A stretch of 64,000 nt of DNA. It comes from an uncultured Acidimicrobiia bacterium (GTDB lineage Bacteria > Actinomycetota > Acidimicrobiia > Spongiisociales > JAENVV01). The stretch spans positions 26,403-90,402 of the forward strand of contig CBDTUI010000001.1 in the NCBI GenBank assembly GCA_965363765.1. Reading direction: 5' to 3'. Below are positions 37,546 to 48,149 of this stretch, piece by piece. Each line of letters opens with the position of its first letter. Position 1 is the first letter of the stretch. A model generated the notes under the pieces. That model searched no databases, was not told the DNA's origin, and saw only the letters and a program-made list of their open reading frames with translations. Made by a program: the position numbers and the translations under genes.

Positions 37546-37908
37546 ACTGCTCATCAACATGAGGATCGTGACCGGACCCCAGATGCGGCGTTCCCACTTG
37601 CTGGGGGTCGTCAGATTCAGCACGGCGCTCAGTCCGGCAAAGCCGACTACGAACCAGATCAGCGTCTTCGACAGCTCGAACCACTGGTCCAGCAGCCACC
37701 CGGCCCGGACGAGCACCACCCCGGCGAGCGCAGCGAGTAAAACGGCTTGGACAACGGCGGCTCCCCGCATGTGGTGGGGAAACGTGCCTGGATACCGACC
37801 GCCCATGGCGACGTTCCCCCACGGCATTCCGATCGCCAGGCCTAACTGGAAGACGATCGCCAGCCCGGCCAGCGCCAGGTAAACCCAGGCGGCTAGGTCC
37901 AGATTCAT
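37525..37908 (-). CDS. Hypothetical membrane protein (4 TM helices)
   Basis: Hydrophobic 127-aa ORF with coding-like codon bias. Confidence 0.45.
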   Translation of the reverse strand: MNLDLAAWVYLALAGLAIVFQLGLAIGMPWGNVAMGGRYPGTFPHHMRGAAVVQAVLLAALAGVVLVRAGWLLDQWFELSKTLIWFVVGFAGLSAVLNLTTPSKWERRIWGPVTILMLMSSVAVAVA

Positions 37909-37966
37909 CTGGCGATGTCACGTCCAGCCTGGTCTGGCGTCGCCGTTGCCGTTTCGCCAAGAATCC

Positions 37967-38332
37967 TCATTCATCGAACCCTTCGGATTCCTGGACGCTC
38001 CGAACATAGGCAGTTACGGCGGCGACTTCCTCATCGCTGATGCGGGTGACGGGGGGCATGTCGCCGAATCCCCAGTGGTGGGCGACGACGCCGTTCTTGG
38101 CGGCGCTGGCGAACGCAAAATCGGCATGATGGTTCGGCTCGTAGATAATCGACAAGAACGACGGTCCCTGGGCTGTGCCACGCAAATCGGTGCCATGACA
38201 GGCAGAACAGAACGTCCGGTACGAGTCACTTCCGAGAGCGAGTAACTCGTCCCCAGCTACGGTGGCCGAAGATTCCGCCACCCCGCCACAAGCGCTCGCT
38301 CCCAACATGAGAACGATAAGGAGTTTTTTCAC
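37967..38332 (-). CDS. c-type cytochrome (class I), lipoprotein-anchored
   Basis: Signal/lipobox MKKLLIVLMLGASAC. Heme-binding CSACHG. Confidence 0.8.
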   Translation of the reverse strand: MKKLLIVLMLGASACGGVAESSATVAGDELLALGSDSYRTFCSACHGTDLRGTAQGPSFLSIIYEPNHHADFAFASAAKNGVVAHHWGFGDMPPVTRISDEEVAAVTAYVRSVQESEGFDE

Positions 38333-38408
38333 GCCGCCAGACTAGGTCACTGGGACCGTGACTACTGACGCTTTGATCCCGCTTCTGGTTATCTGGAAGA
38401 CAGCAGCC

Positions 38409-38783
38409 CTAGAAGGCGTAGTCGCCGAATCGCCCCCAGGCAACGAAGAGGGCCATCAACAAGAACACCATGTTCATCGCGGCCTTTTGAGTTTCGTCCC
38501 CTCTGCTCAAGTGGCGAGCTATTGCCCCGACCATTACCAGGGCGATTCCGATGGCCGCTAATGGGGTCAGCATCGGGATAATCCCGGTCACGGCCGGAAC
38601 GATGAGGCCGATGGCACCGAGCACTTCGAGGAGGCCGATGAGCTTGATCGTGCGAGGCTCGTAGTGCTCAACCCAACCCATGTCTTCGGCCAGTTTTTCT
38701 TTCGGCTGCCTGATTTTCATCATGCCAGCCATCAAGAAGATGGCGGCCAACAGGCCAGCAACAATCCAAAGTGCAATGTCCAT
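38409..38783 (-). CDS. DoxX family membrane protein
   Basis: MDIALWIVAGLLAAIFLMAGMMKI... 4 TM helices. The start ATG 38783 is preceded by GGAG. Confidence 0.7.
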   Translation of the reverse strand: MDIALWIVAGLLAAIFLMAGMMKIRQPKEKLAEDMGWVEHYEPRTIKLIGLLEVLGAIGLIVPAVTGIIPMLTPLAAIGIALVMVGAIARHLSRGDETQKAAMNMVFLLMALFVAWGRFGDYAF

Positions 38784-39035
38784 GTGTATTTTCTCCGCAG
38801 TAGTTTCCAGGGTCGATAACCCCGAAGTGAGACCGATCATTCCCTGCGGGAGTGCGAAGACAAATGCGAAGAGGCCCCCGGAGGAGCCTCTTCATAATTC
38901 TCCGCACAAGGTGTGGCAACGAGAGAAGGGGATCTCCGCCGCGTCCTTCGCTGAGAAGCTTGCTTACCCCAGTATCGGCATCCGCCCTAGGTGACTTGAG
39001 AGAAACTTTGGATTGGGTCGGTATAACGTTGCGTA

Positions 39036-39923
39036 ATGCATCCGAGATCGATCGTTGCTCTGGCCGCCGCATCGCTGGGGTGGGGGTTGGCTGGCGTTGG
39101 GGTGCGGGCAATGTTCATTGCCGGAACGACGACCTTCACGGTGATTGTCTTTCGGATTCTCTTCGCCACGGCTGCGGTCGTGGCGTACGGCCTGGTGGCC
39201 CGGACCGGCGTCGATGCTCAAGCGTGGCTCCGTGGTTCGGCTATCGGGGTTCTGAGGATCGGGATCGCCCCAATGCTTTTCATCGGCTCGCTGAACTACA
39301 TCTCAGCCGGTTTCGAATCGTTGGTGATCACGCTCGTCCCGGTGGTCACCGCCGTGTTGGCCCGTCTGTTCCTATCGGAGACCTTGCGCCGTGCTCAGGT
39401 CGGCGGCCTCATGCTCGGCCTGGCCGGCACGCTCATCATCGTGCTTTCTGGTGATAGTGGTCTGGCCGAAGGAGGCAACGCTTTAGCCGGTGCGAGCCTC
39501 GCTTTTGGCGGTGTTGTGGCCGCATCGCTTTCGGGCGTCATAAGTCGCCACTTCGCACCGATGCACGACACTGCCGAGTTGGCTATCCCCATGTTCGTTT
39601 CCGGCCTACTTCTGGTCGGCCTGGTTGGCGCGGCGGTTGGGGGCGTAAGCCCGTCCTCCGTGCCGCCCGATTACTGGCCTCTTCTTATCGCTCTCGGTCT
39701 CGTCGCCACGTTGCTTCCATTCGTGGCAACCCTCTACGCCATCAAGCACGTTTCAGCGACTGTGGTTGCCCTGACCGGATACCTGGCTCCGCTGGTGGGG
39801 CTACTTGGAGGTGTAGTGATTCTCGGCGAACTCGTGACCCCAGCGATTGCCGTTGGCGGTTTACTCACACTGGCCGGTGTCGTAGTCGTTGGCATCCCGC
39901 GGCGTTTGCCCATCCAAACCTGA
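39036..39923 (+). CDS. EamA/DMT superfamily transporter
   Basis: 10 TM helices with duplicated EamA domains. Confidence 0.75.
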   Translation: MHPRSIVALAAASLGWGLAGVGVRAMFIAGTTTFTVIVFRILFATAAVVAYGLVARTGVDAQAWLRGSAIGVLRIGIAPMLFIGSLNYISAGFESLVITLVPVVTAVLARLFLSETLRRAQVGGLMLGLAGTLIIVLSGDSGLAEGGNALAGASLAFGGVVAASLSGVISRHFAPMHDTAELAIPMFVSGLLLVGLVGAAVGGVSPSSVPPDYWPLLIALGLVATLLPFVATLYAIKHVSATVVALTGYLAPLVGLLGGVVILGELVTPAIAVGGLLTLAGVVVVGIPRRLPIQT

Positions 39924-40078
39924 CGTTGCTTGCGGCAGGCGAGCGAAACCGCCCTGCGTCGTCGGCTGTTTCGCTGTGAAGATCGAGGGCGTACCGTCAG
40001 CGAGGGTTGATGGACAGCAGTGGAAAGAGAATCCCCGGGGCGCTGGCCCAGGGGATTCTCTCGTGACTGGCAGCTTGG

Positions 40079-42370
40079 TCAACCGGGGAAGGCGATTGCT
40101 ACGACGTCGTCGATTGAGTCTGCGATGTGGATCGTCATTTCTTGTAGGACGGCTTCGGGGATGTCATCGACATCCACCTCGTTGCGCCGGGGCAGGATTA
40201 CCTCAGTGAGTCCGGCTCGATGGGCCGCCAGTACCTTCTGCTTCACGCCGCCGATCGGCAGAACCTTGCCTTGGAGTGTTACCTCTCCGGTCATCGCTAC
40301 CGTCGACTTGACGTTGCGTCCTGTCAACAGTGACACGAGGGCTGTGACCATGGTCACCCCGGCCGACGGGCCATCCTTGGGGATGGCACCGGCGGGCACA
40401 TGCACGTGGAAACGCCTATCCAAAGAGGCGGGGTCAATGCCGAGCTCCCGGGTATGGCCCTTCACATACGACAGGGCGATCTGGGCGGATTCCTTCATTA
40501 CGTCGCCGAGCTGACCGGTCAATGTGAGTCCGGCCTCTCCGTCCATTGCGGTCGCCTCGATAAAGAGGACGTCGCCACCGGCACCGGTTACCGCCAAACC
40601 TGTGGCGACTCCGGGTACGTCGGTCCGGTCGGAGACTTCGTCCTTCCACACCTTCGGCTTGCCGAGGAAATCGGCCATGAGGTCAGCGTCGACCACGATA
40701 GGTATTTCTGTGTTCTTGCCGGCGACTTTGACGGCAGCTTTGCGAGTCAGCTTGCCAAGTTGGCGTTCCAGGCTTCGCACCCCGGCTTCCCGGGTGTAGC
40801 GGTCAACCACTGTCGCCAGGGTCTCTTCCGGGACCTCGATCTCTTCGGGCTCAAGCCCTGCCGCGCGGATCTGACGCGGGAGCAGATGATCTCTGGCGAT
40901 CTCGACCTTCTCGACATCGGTATATCCGTCAATACGGATGACCTCGGTGCGATCCAACAGAGGACCGGGAATCGTTTCGAGCACATTGGCGGTTGCAATG
41001 AACAGGACACTGGAAAGATCCAGATCGGTCTCCAGGTAGTGATCTCGGAATGTGTGGTTCTGGGCAGGGTCGAGCACCTCTAGCAATGCCGACGATGGAT
41101 CGCCTCTCCAGTCGTTTCCGACCTTATCCATCTCATCCAACAGGAACACCGGGTTCATGGTCCCGGCTTCGATGATCGCTCTAGCGATTCGGCCAGGACG
41201 GGCACCGACGTACGTACGGCGATGACCACGGATCTCTGCCTCGTCACGGACACCACCGAGGGCTACCCGATGGAACTTGCGGCCGAGTGCCTTGGCGACT
41301 GACTCGCCCAAAGACGTCTTTCCGACGCCGGGAGGGCCGACCAGCAGCAAGATGGCACTCGAAGATCGATCGTCTTCCAGCCCACGCTCGGTGCGGAGTT
41401 TGCGGATGGCGAGATGTTCGACAATCCGTTCTTTGACGTCCATTAAGCCGGTGTGGTCGCCGTCTAGCACGGCCCACGCCTCATCGAGGTCCAGCTTGTC
41501 TTCACTTTTGGTTTCCCAGGGGATTTCGAACATGGTGTCGAGCCAGGTCCGGATCCACGAGTGTTCCGGCGACTGCTCGCTCATCTTCTCGAGTCGATCG
41601 ATCTCCTTTGAGATCGAATTAGCGACGTGTTCTGGCAGGTCGCGTCCTTCGAGCTTGGAGCGATAGTCATCGGTGGCATCAGCGTCCTCGCCGAGTTCCT
41701 TTTTGATCGAAGCGAGCTGCTGGCGAAGGATGTACTCACGTTGTGAGTCGGTAATCTTTTCGGTGGCGTCGTCGCGGACCTTCTTGCGAAGCTCGAAGTC
41801 GGCCAGGACGTTGCGCATCAGATCAATCACGAGCCCTAGCCGGGCTCTGATATCCATCGTCTCAAGAACCTCGACCTTCTGGGCAAGATTCAAGTCGGGT
41901 GAGTAGACGATGAGGTCGGCGAGTTGGCTGGGGTTCTCCATTCCGAGTACCCGATCAGCTACGACGCCGATCCCACGATGGTTCATGACTTCGGTAACCA
42001 CTGCCCGGAACTCAGCAACCAGTGAGTCGAGCTCTTCGTCAATGATGTCGACTTCGGGATAGCTCTCGACCTCGACCCACAGCGCACCCGTTTCATCGGT
42101 CGAGCCAGCTCCGACCCGCGCCCGGGCGACCCCGGCGACGACCACGTTGCCGTCATCGTCGGACTGTTGGATCTCGGCGATGGTGCCGACCTTGGCGTAC
42201 TCACCGTCGACCCGAGGGACGAGCAGCAATCGACCGTCACTTGACTCAGCAGCTGCGAGCGCAATTCGGCCCTCGCTAGTTTCGATTTTGAGGGTGACAA
42301 CCATGTGGGGAAAGACGACCCCATTACGAAGGGGAAGTACGGGGAGCGTCGAATGTTTGGTGTTTGGCAC
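40079..42370 (-). CDS. lon: ATP-dependent protease Lon (endopeptidase La)
   Basis: LON N-domain (LPVLPLRNGVVFPHMV). Walker A GPPGVGKTS. Protease domain with catalytic Ser (PKDGPSAG). GTG start with AAGGAG 9 nt upstream. Confidence 0.93.
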   Translation of the reverse strand: MPNTKHSTLPVLPLRNGVVFPHMVVTLKIETSEGRIALAAAESSDGRLLLVPRVDGEYAKVGTIAEIQQSDDDGNVVVAGVARARVGAGSTDETGALWVEVESYPEVDIIDEELDSLVAEFRAVVTEVMNHRGIGVVADRVLGMENPSQLADLIVYSPDLNLAQKVEVLETMDIRARLGLVIDLMRNVLADFELRKKVRDDATEKITDSQREYILRQQLASIKKELGEDADATDDYRSKLEGRDLPEHVANSISKEIDRLEKMSEQSPEHSWIRTWLDTMFEIPWETKSEDKLDLDEAWAVLDGDHTGLMDVKERIVEHLAIRKLRTERGLEDDRSSSAILLLVGPPGVGKTSLGESVAKALGRKFHRVALGGVRDEAEIRGHRRTYVGARPGRIARAIIEAGTMNPVFLLDEMDKVGNDWRGDPSSALLEVLDPAQNHTFRDHYLETDLDLSSVLFIATANVLETIPGPLLDRTEVIRIDGYTDVEKVEIARDHLLPRQIRAAGLEPEEIEVPEETLATVVDRYTREAGVRSLERQLGKLTRKAAVKVAGKNTEIPIVVDADLMADFLGKPKVWKDEVSDRTDVPGVATGLAVTGAGGDVLFIEATAMDGEAGLTLTGQLGDVMKESAQIALSYVKGHTRELGIDPASLDRRFHVHVPAGAIPKDGPSAGVTMVTALVSLLTGRNVKSTVAMTGEVTLQGKVLPIGGVKQKVLAAHRAGLTEVILPRRNEVDVDDIPEAVLQEMTIHIADSIDDVVAIAFPG

Positions 42371-42700
42371 GATGTGTGACTCCTTGAGCGGAACCGATCC
42401 GTTCGATCGGTAATAGATGTAATCAGGATTACACCCAGCTTATTCCCTTTCCAGACTTATCTGAGCCGATCCCAGTCAGATATTCGCTATCGCATCCATC
42501 AGATCCGCAAGGATCCGGCTATTGGTTCGGTGTCGGTCCCCCAGTGGAACGTCCGGGGAAGGGCGTGGCCTGTCGGTCACGTTGCCGAACGGCGAGCCGT
42601 TCTGCGGACGCTGGTGCGCGTCACAGACAGGCGCGTGTTCGCTTCGCTCGTTGGGGGACCGACGGGTCATGGACAGTGGGTCACGCCGCTGCCGCGTATG

Positions 42701-43183
42701 TCAGTGGCGGGCTTGGGCGACTAGGGGGATGGTGCGGTAGGGGATCTGGCAGGCGAGGGCGATGGCCGTTGAGGTGCGATCGACTTGAGGGATCTGGAGA
42801 ATGCGTTCGAGCACACCCATGAGATGATCGTTGGATCGGGCCACGATACGGATGAAGAGATCGCCCTGGCCGGCGACCGAGTGAACCTCGACGACCTCGG
42901 GGATAGACCGGAGCGGTTCCACAACCTCGCTGATCCGACCCTGGGTCATCTCAATGGTGCAGAAGGCCGTCACGTCGTACCCGATTGCCTTTGGGTCAAT
43001 GTCGGGGCCGAATCCACCTATCACCCCTGAGTCGAGGAGCTTGTCGAGTCGGCTCTGGACGGTGGCGCGGGCGACCTCGAGGCGTCGAGACATTTCGAGT
43101 ACGCCCAGGCGAGGCTGGCTGGCGAGCAGTTCGATGAGCCGTTGGTCGAGTTCGTCGACTTGATGAGCAGATTGAGTAGCCAT
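42701..43183 (-). CDS. Lrp/AsnC family transcriptional regulator
   Basis: HTH_AsnC plus a RAM domain. Divergent from hppD. Confidence 0.85.
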   Translation of the reverse strand: MATQSAHQVDELDQRLIELLASQPRLGVLEMSRRLEVARATVQSRLDKLLDSGVIGGFGPDIDPKAIGYDVTAFCTIEMTQGRISEVVEPLRSIPEVVEVHSVAGQGDLFIRIVARSNDHLMGVLERILQIPQVDRTSTAIALACQIPYRTIPLVAQARH

Positions 43184-43299
43184 GGACGAACCTTAGCCCG
43201 ACAACTATACAATTTGCACAGTGAAATCTCGGTTGGTTGCGCACGTTGGTGACTTGCTGTTGAATCACCTGACAAGACCGTCACAGAAAGGCCTCATCC

Positions 43300-44397
43300 G
43301 TGACCGATCTCATGCCCATCCTCGGGTACGACGCCATCGAGTTCTATGTCGGAAACGCCCGACAGGCTGCCCACTACTACCGGACTGCCTTTGGGTTCGA
43401 CGTCACCGCCTATGCCGGTCCCGAGCACGGAAGCCGGGATCGTTGCTCATATGTCCTTGAGCAAAACGGGGTTCGATTCGTCGTGACCGCCGGACTTGAT
43501 CCCAACTCACCGATCGTTCGACACCAAGCGGCGCACGGGGATGGTGTGAAAGACGTGGCGTTTTCCGTTCCGAATGCCGAACAAGCCTTCGCAGTCGCTC
43601 TCGAACGCGGCGCCGAACCACTGGCAGAGCCATATGTGGACGAGGACGAACACGGAAAGATCGTCCGAGCGTCGATCAAAGCGTACGGCGATACCATTCA
43701 CACGTTTGTCGATCGTTCGAACTACTCGGGCATCTACGCACCCGGCTACCACGCCACCAATCATCAAGTCGCCGCGGTCTCAGTCGGCCTCCAACTGGTC
43801 GACCACGTGGTCTGCAATGTCGAGCTCGGTCAGATGGATCGCTGGGCGAAGTACTACGCAGACATTATGGGATTCAGTCAGCTCCACCACTTCGACGACG
43901 AGGCGATCGCCACTGACTACACCGCCTTAATGTCGAAGGTCCTCTGGGACGGCAACGGGCGGATCAAGTTGCCGATCAACGAACCGGCGGCAGGAAAGAA
44001 GAAGAGCCAGATCGAGGAATACCTGGACTTCTACGGGTCGGCTGGTGTGCAACATATGGCCCTGGCGACAGAAGACATTGTCGAGTCGGTTCGTCAGATG
44101 CGTGCCAATGGAGTCCGATTCTTGTCCACCCCGGCCACCTATTACGAGGATCTGCGCACTCGTCTGGACTGGTCGACGATTGATGCCGATCTCGACACCC
44201 TCCAAGAGCTAGGGGTGCTCGTCGACCAGGACGACGAGGGGTATCTTCTGCAAATTTTTACGAAGGCGGTCCAGGACCGGCCGACGGTGTTCTATGAAGT
44301 CATCGAGCGACATGGTTCGCGTGGCTTCGGAGTCGGAAACTTCAAAGCGCTGTTCGAAGCGATCGAACGCGACCAGGCCGAACGCGGCAACCTGTAG
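43300..44397 (+). CDS. hppD: 4-hydroxyphenylpyruvate dioxygenase
   Basis: Two VOC modules. C-terminal GNFKALFEAIE motif. 365 aa. Confidence 0.9.
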   Translation: MTDLMPILGYDAIEFYVGNARQAAHYYRTAFGFDVTAYAGPEHGSRDRCSYVLEQNGVRFVVTAGLDPNSPIVRHQAAHGDGVKDVAFSVPNAEQAFAVALERGAEPLAEPYVDEDEHGKIVRASIKAYGDTIHTFVDRSNYSGIYAPGYHATNHQVAAVSVGLQLVDHVVCNVELGQMDRWAKYYADIMGFSQLHHFDDEAIATDYTALMSKVLWDGNGRIKLPINEPAAGKKKSQIEEYLDFYGSAGVQHMALATEDIVESVRQMRANGVRFLSTPATYYEDLRTRLDWSTIDADLDTLQELGVLVDQDDEGYLLQIFTKAVQDRPTVFYEVIERHGSRGFGVGNFKALFEAIERDQAERGNL

Positions 44398-44433
44398 CCT
44401 TGCAGCCGGCTCGACCCCGGTAGCCTGACAGCC

Positions 44434-44892
44434 GTGAGATATCGGATCGTCGCAGTAGGCCAGATCAAGCGTGGCTTCTATGCCGAGGGCTGCGCGTTCT
44501 ACCTGGACAGGTTGCAGCGGATGACAACGGCCGAACTACTTGAGATCAGAGACGGCAAGGACCGTGACCCGGCGAAGCGAAAAGCCGAAGAGTCGTCGGC
44601 CCTGCTCGGCCACGCTGATGGCCGGCTGGTGGCGCTCGACGAGCGAGGCAAGCGACTCCGATCGGAGGAGCTGGCAGCGGTCATCGGGGATTGGGAAACC
44701 CAGGCCGTTTCGCGAGTGACTTTCCTTATCGGCGGCGCCGACGGTCACGCCCCGGATCTGCTGGATCGAGTGGACGCGACGTGGCAGCTATCGGCACTCA
44801 CCATGCCTCACGAGTTGGCTCGGCTGGTCCTCCTCGAACAGCTGTATCGGGCTGAAACGATCCGATCCGGACACCCGTATCACCGGGCCTAG
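44434..44892 (+). CDS. rlmH: 23S rRNA (pseudouridine1915-N3)-methyltransferase (SPOUT)
   Basis: MRYRIVAVGQIK...FLIGGADG...MPHELARLVLLEQLYRA. Confidence 0.85.
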   Translation: MRYRIVAVGQIKRGFYAEGCAFYLDRLQRMTTAELLEIRDGKDRDPAKRKAEESSALLGHADGRLVALDERGKRLRSEELAAVIGDWETQAVSRVTFLIGGADGHAPDLLDRVDATWQLSALTMPHELARLVLLEQLYRAETIRSGHPYHRA

Positions 44893-44901
44893 TCTGTAGC
44901 A

Positions 44902-46389
44902 GTGAGCGAGTCGCGACCAACAAGTGTCCTATCCCCGGAGCTGCTGCCCGTTTCGGTGGCCATCTTCACGCTGGTTGGTTTATCGGCTTTCAACTCCCTC
45001 GGCGTCTCGGCGGCACTGCCCAATCTCGCCGCCGATCTCGGCAACCTGGATCTGCTCCCATGGGTGATCACCGTGTATCTCCTCATGGCGGGTGTGGCCA
45101 CGGTTGTCTCGGGAGCCCTGATCGACTCGGTCGGTCTTCGAACGATCTTTCGAGTTTCGGTGGGGGCGTTCGTGTTGGGGTCGCTCCTCGCCGGTTTGGC
45201 TGGGTCGATGCAGATGCTTATCGCCGCCCGGGTTGTCCAAGGAATCGGTGGAGGCGGCGTGATCGCCGTGGGCCTCGCCGGGGTGAACCTTCTGTTCCCC
45301 AAGCACCTGGTCGGCCGAGCGTTCGCGGCCAACTCGACGGTGTGGGGTGTCATGGGTGTTGCTGGCCCGGCCCTCGCCGCGTTCCTGCTCTCGTTTGCGT
45401 CTTGGCACTGGATCTTTTTCGTCAATGTGCCGTTCGGGCTCGTTTCGTTGGCTGCCGGATGGCGGGTCATGCCGGGGCCAGCTGGCACGCACTCAGGACG
45501 TCGCCTCGACCTGCTCGGCTTGGCGATTGTGTTCGTTTTCAATCTGTTGTTGCTGTTCGCTGTGAATTCGTTCGATAGTAGTTCGGCCTTGCTATTCGGG
45601 GCTGCGGTGATTGCTGGGGCGATCTACCTGTGGCATGCCCGGCGTCACGGCGAGCCGGTGATGAAGCGGCGCCACCTGGTTGATCCACCGTTCGGACTGC
45701 TGGCCTGGTCGATCAGTATGTTGCTGGCCGGAGGCATTGCTGCCGAGTCGTTCTTCACGCTGTACGTGCGAGGAGCGAGAGGTGGTAGCCAGACGCTGAC
45801 CGGGTGGGCCGTGGTGTTCTTTGTTGTCGGTTGGACGATTGGCTCAAATGCGTCGAGTCGAATGCTCGACCGGTTGGCGGAAACCAGCACGATCGTGATC
45901 GGTTTCGCGCTCAACCTGGTCGGTCTCCTATCTGTGGCCCTCCTGGCGGCATTTGATGCGCCGCTGCCGGCCGTGTTCGTTGGAATGGCCGCCGTTGGCG
46001 CTGGCCTCGGTATGGCAACGAACGCTGGACTTACGTTGCTCCAATCGATTACTGCCGTTGACGAGAGTGGGCGCGCCACCGCCGCCCATCAGTTTTATCG
46101 GAACCTTGGGTTCACAATCGGCGCGGCGACCGGCGGTGCGGTCATCCTGTTCGTGGTGGCTAGGCAACTCGGCGATGTCGATGCAGTACGGGGATTGCTG
46201 GCCGGTAGTTCAGGAGTGTCAGACGAGGCAGGTGCGGCGGCATTGGCGGATGGGTTCGCGGCTGCTGTGGGGATCGGACTTGGGTTCGGGTTGATTGGCC
46301 TGATCCCGCTGACGCTGCTGAGAAGGGCGCTTTCCGACGACCGCATAGTTGCCAACCGGGACCGGCAGCATCCCCGCTATATCCCTTAG
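44902..46389 (+). CDS. MFS transporter (DHA2-like, 14 TM helices)
   Basis: MFS signature regions. ~14 hydrophobic helices. GTG start. Confidence 0.8.
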   Translation: MSESRPTSVLSPELLPVSVAIFTLVGLSAFNSLGVSAALPNLAADLGNLDLLPWVITVYLLMAGVATVVSGALIDSVGLRTIFRVSVGAFVLGSLLAGLAGSMQMLIAARVVQGIGGGGVIAVGLAGVNLLFPKHLVGRAFAANSTVWGVMGVAGPALAAFLLSFASWHWIFFVNVPFGLVSLAAGWRVMPGPAGTHSGRRLDLLGLAIVFVFNLLLLFAVNSFDSSSALLFGAAVIAGAIYLWHARRHGEPVMKRRHLVDPPFGLLAWSISMLLAGGIAAESFFTLYVRGARGGSQTLTGWAVVFFVVGWTIGSNASSRMLDRLAETSTIVIGFALNLVGLLSVALLAAFDAPLPAVFVGMAAVGAGLGMATNAGLTLLQSITAVDESGRATAAHQFYRNLGFTIGAATGGAVILFVVARQLGDVDAVRGLLAGSSGVSDEAGAAALADGFAAAVGIGLGFGLIGLIPLTLLRRALSDDRIVANRDRQHPRYIP

Positions 46390-46397
46390 GCAGTTGG

Positions 46398-48149
46398 CTA
46401 GTCAGTCTCTTCCCAGAGTGCCCGCATCTCGGCATTGCGGGCCAACAGCTCCTCCAAAGTTCCGGTGTCGTCGATCCGGCCGTCTTTCATCAGGATGATT
46501 TGGTCGGCACGCCGGAGGGCCGGGTGGCGGTGGGAGATCACGAGGCAGGTCGCATCGCGAAGTTCAAAGAGTCGCTGCCAGAGTTCTGCTTCGGTCCGCA
46601 CGTCGAGGGCTGACGACAGATCGTCGAACACGAGGAGGTCGGCATCCGTTGCGAACATACGGGCTGCGGCCGAACGTTGAATCTGGCCACCCGACAGGCG
46701 AGCACCGCGCGTTCCTACCACCGTGTCCAAGCCCGATTCCAATTGCCCAAGGTCGCTGGTCATGCGGGCCAGATCGATCACTTCGCCGAGAGTGGCCTCG
46801 TCAAGCGTGCGCCCCATGGTGATATTGGACTCAAGCGTGTCAGATACCAAGCGAGGGACTTGAGGGGTGTAAGCCGACCGGGGCGGGACCAGGAACGAAC
46901 TCGGGTCGCGGATGATCTCGTCGTTCCAACGAATCTCGCCGGCGTCGCGGGGTAGGAGTCCGAGTAACACCCGAACCAGAGTCGTCTTCCCAGACCCGAT
47001 CCGTCCGGTCACGACGGTGAACGTGCCCCGTTCAAGGGTGAACGAGACATCCCTGATTCCCTGAGCGTCTCCGTCCGGGAAGCCGAACCCGAGGCCGGTA
47101 ACAGTCAATCGACGAAGTCGACGATCGGGGGACAGCACGGCCGACACTGGTTGGGGCGGATCGCCATCCTGCCAGAGAGGCTCGGGATCAGTTATCTGAG
47201 TGACGGGTGCATCGACCATCAAGCGCATCATGCGCGTCACGGCCACCTTGGCGCGGTAATGCTGCGCAAGCATCTGACCTCCCCAGGCCATGTACCCGGT
47301 CATGCGCGGGATATAGACCAGGAACACCGTGAGATCTCCGATGCTTATCCGCCCGTTCTGAATGAGCGATCCGCCCGCCAACAGGACCAGTCCGGTCGAA
47401 ATGTTCGCCATGTTGCGGTTGAGTGAGCGCACCGTCTGGTCGAGGAACGTGTCGCGCAGAGCAGAGCGTTGTCGTTCCTCGTTGAGCGATGCAAGGTGAT
47501 CAATCATCGGGTCTGCGGTGCCGGTCGCTTTGACGGACTCGATGGCCGTGAAGAAGTCGCCGATGAACCCGGTCACCGACTCGGTCGAATTGCGGAGTCG
47601 TTCTCGATACATCTTGATACGCCCCGACAGGCTCCGTGTGATGAGGAACGCCCCGACCATCGGAGCGATCGCCCACCATGTCAGCGTCGCCGAGATGGCC
47701 TGCATGATCCAGATGGATACGACTAGAAACCCGACCAAACCGAAAAGGTCGAGCAGGTTCTCGACGTAGTCAACGAGCTGATCGGAGTCTTCCCGGAAGG
47801 TAGAGACTGCCGCGCCGGTGCTCATGGGCAGGACCCGAGACCCAGGGGCCCGCATCAGGTAGTCGAGCAGGTTGCGGCGGATCAGCAGAACCATCCGGTG
47901 CCACAAACGCGAATACGAAAGGATGCTCGTCTGAAACAGAACGAGCCGCCCGATGATCACTGCTAGGTAGATCCACAGGGCGGTGGTTGCCAGGTTGCGG
48001 TCACCCTGGTCAAGGGCGTCGAATACCCGCCCCACCATGACACCGATCACGGCTGGGAAAATGTGGAAGCCTCCCCACAACAGGACGTTGATCCAGAACA
48101 TGAAGGGCCACGGCTTCGAGATGCGCCAGGCGACTGGCAGCGGGTTCAT
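46398..48149 (-). CDS. ABC transporter, fused permease/ATP-binding subunit (type I exporter)
   Basis: 6-TM domain plus Walker A GSGKTT, signature LSGGQIQR and Walker B LVFDD. Confidence 0.88.
   Translation of the reverse strand: MNPLPVAWRISKPWPFMFWINVLLWGGFHIFPAVIGVMVGRVFDALDQGDRNLATTALWIYLAVIIGRLVLFQTSILSYSRLWHRMVLLIRRNLLDYLMRAPGSRVLPMSTGAAVSTFREDSDQLVDYVENLLDLFGLVGFLVVSIWIMQAISATLTWWAIAPMVGAFLITRSLSGRIKMYRERLRNSTESVTGFIGDFFTAIESVKATGTADPMIDHLASLNEERQRSALRDTFLDQTVRSLNRNMANISTGLVLLAGGSLIQNGRISIGDLTVFLVYIPRMTGYMAWGGQMLAQHYRAKVAVTRMMRLMVDAPVTQITDPEPLWQDGDPPQPVSAVLSPDRRLRRLTVTGLGFGFPDGDAQGIRDVSFTLERGTFTVVTGRIGSGKTTLVRVLLGLLPRDAGEIRWNDEIIRDPSSFLVPPRSAYTPQVPRLVSDTLESNITMGRTLDEATLGEVIDLARMTSDLGQLESGLDTVVGTRGARLSGGQIQRSAAARMFATDADLLVFDDLSSALDVRTEAELWQRLFELRDATCLVISHRHPALRRADQIILMKDGRIDDTGTLEELLARNAEMRALWEETD

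Noticed and set aside
38876-38902. Hairpin GAAGAGGC-cccggagga-GCCTCTTC in the DoxX/EamA divergent region as a terminator
   Set aside because: It lies between divergent gene starts, so it is not downstream of any gene. It is more likely a 5'-UTR structure. Not called as a feature.
40400-41083. ORF 40400..41083 plus strand (227 aa) and others antisense in lon
   Set aside because: Lon is unambiguous on the minus strand.
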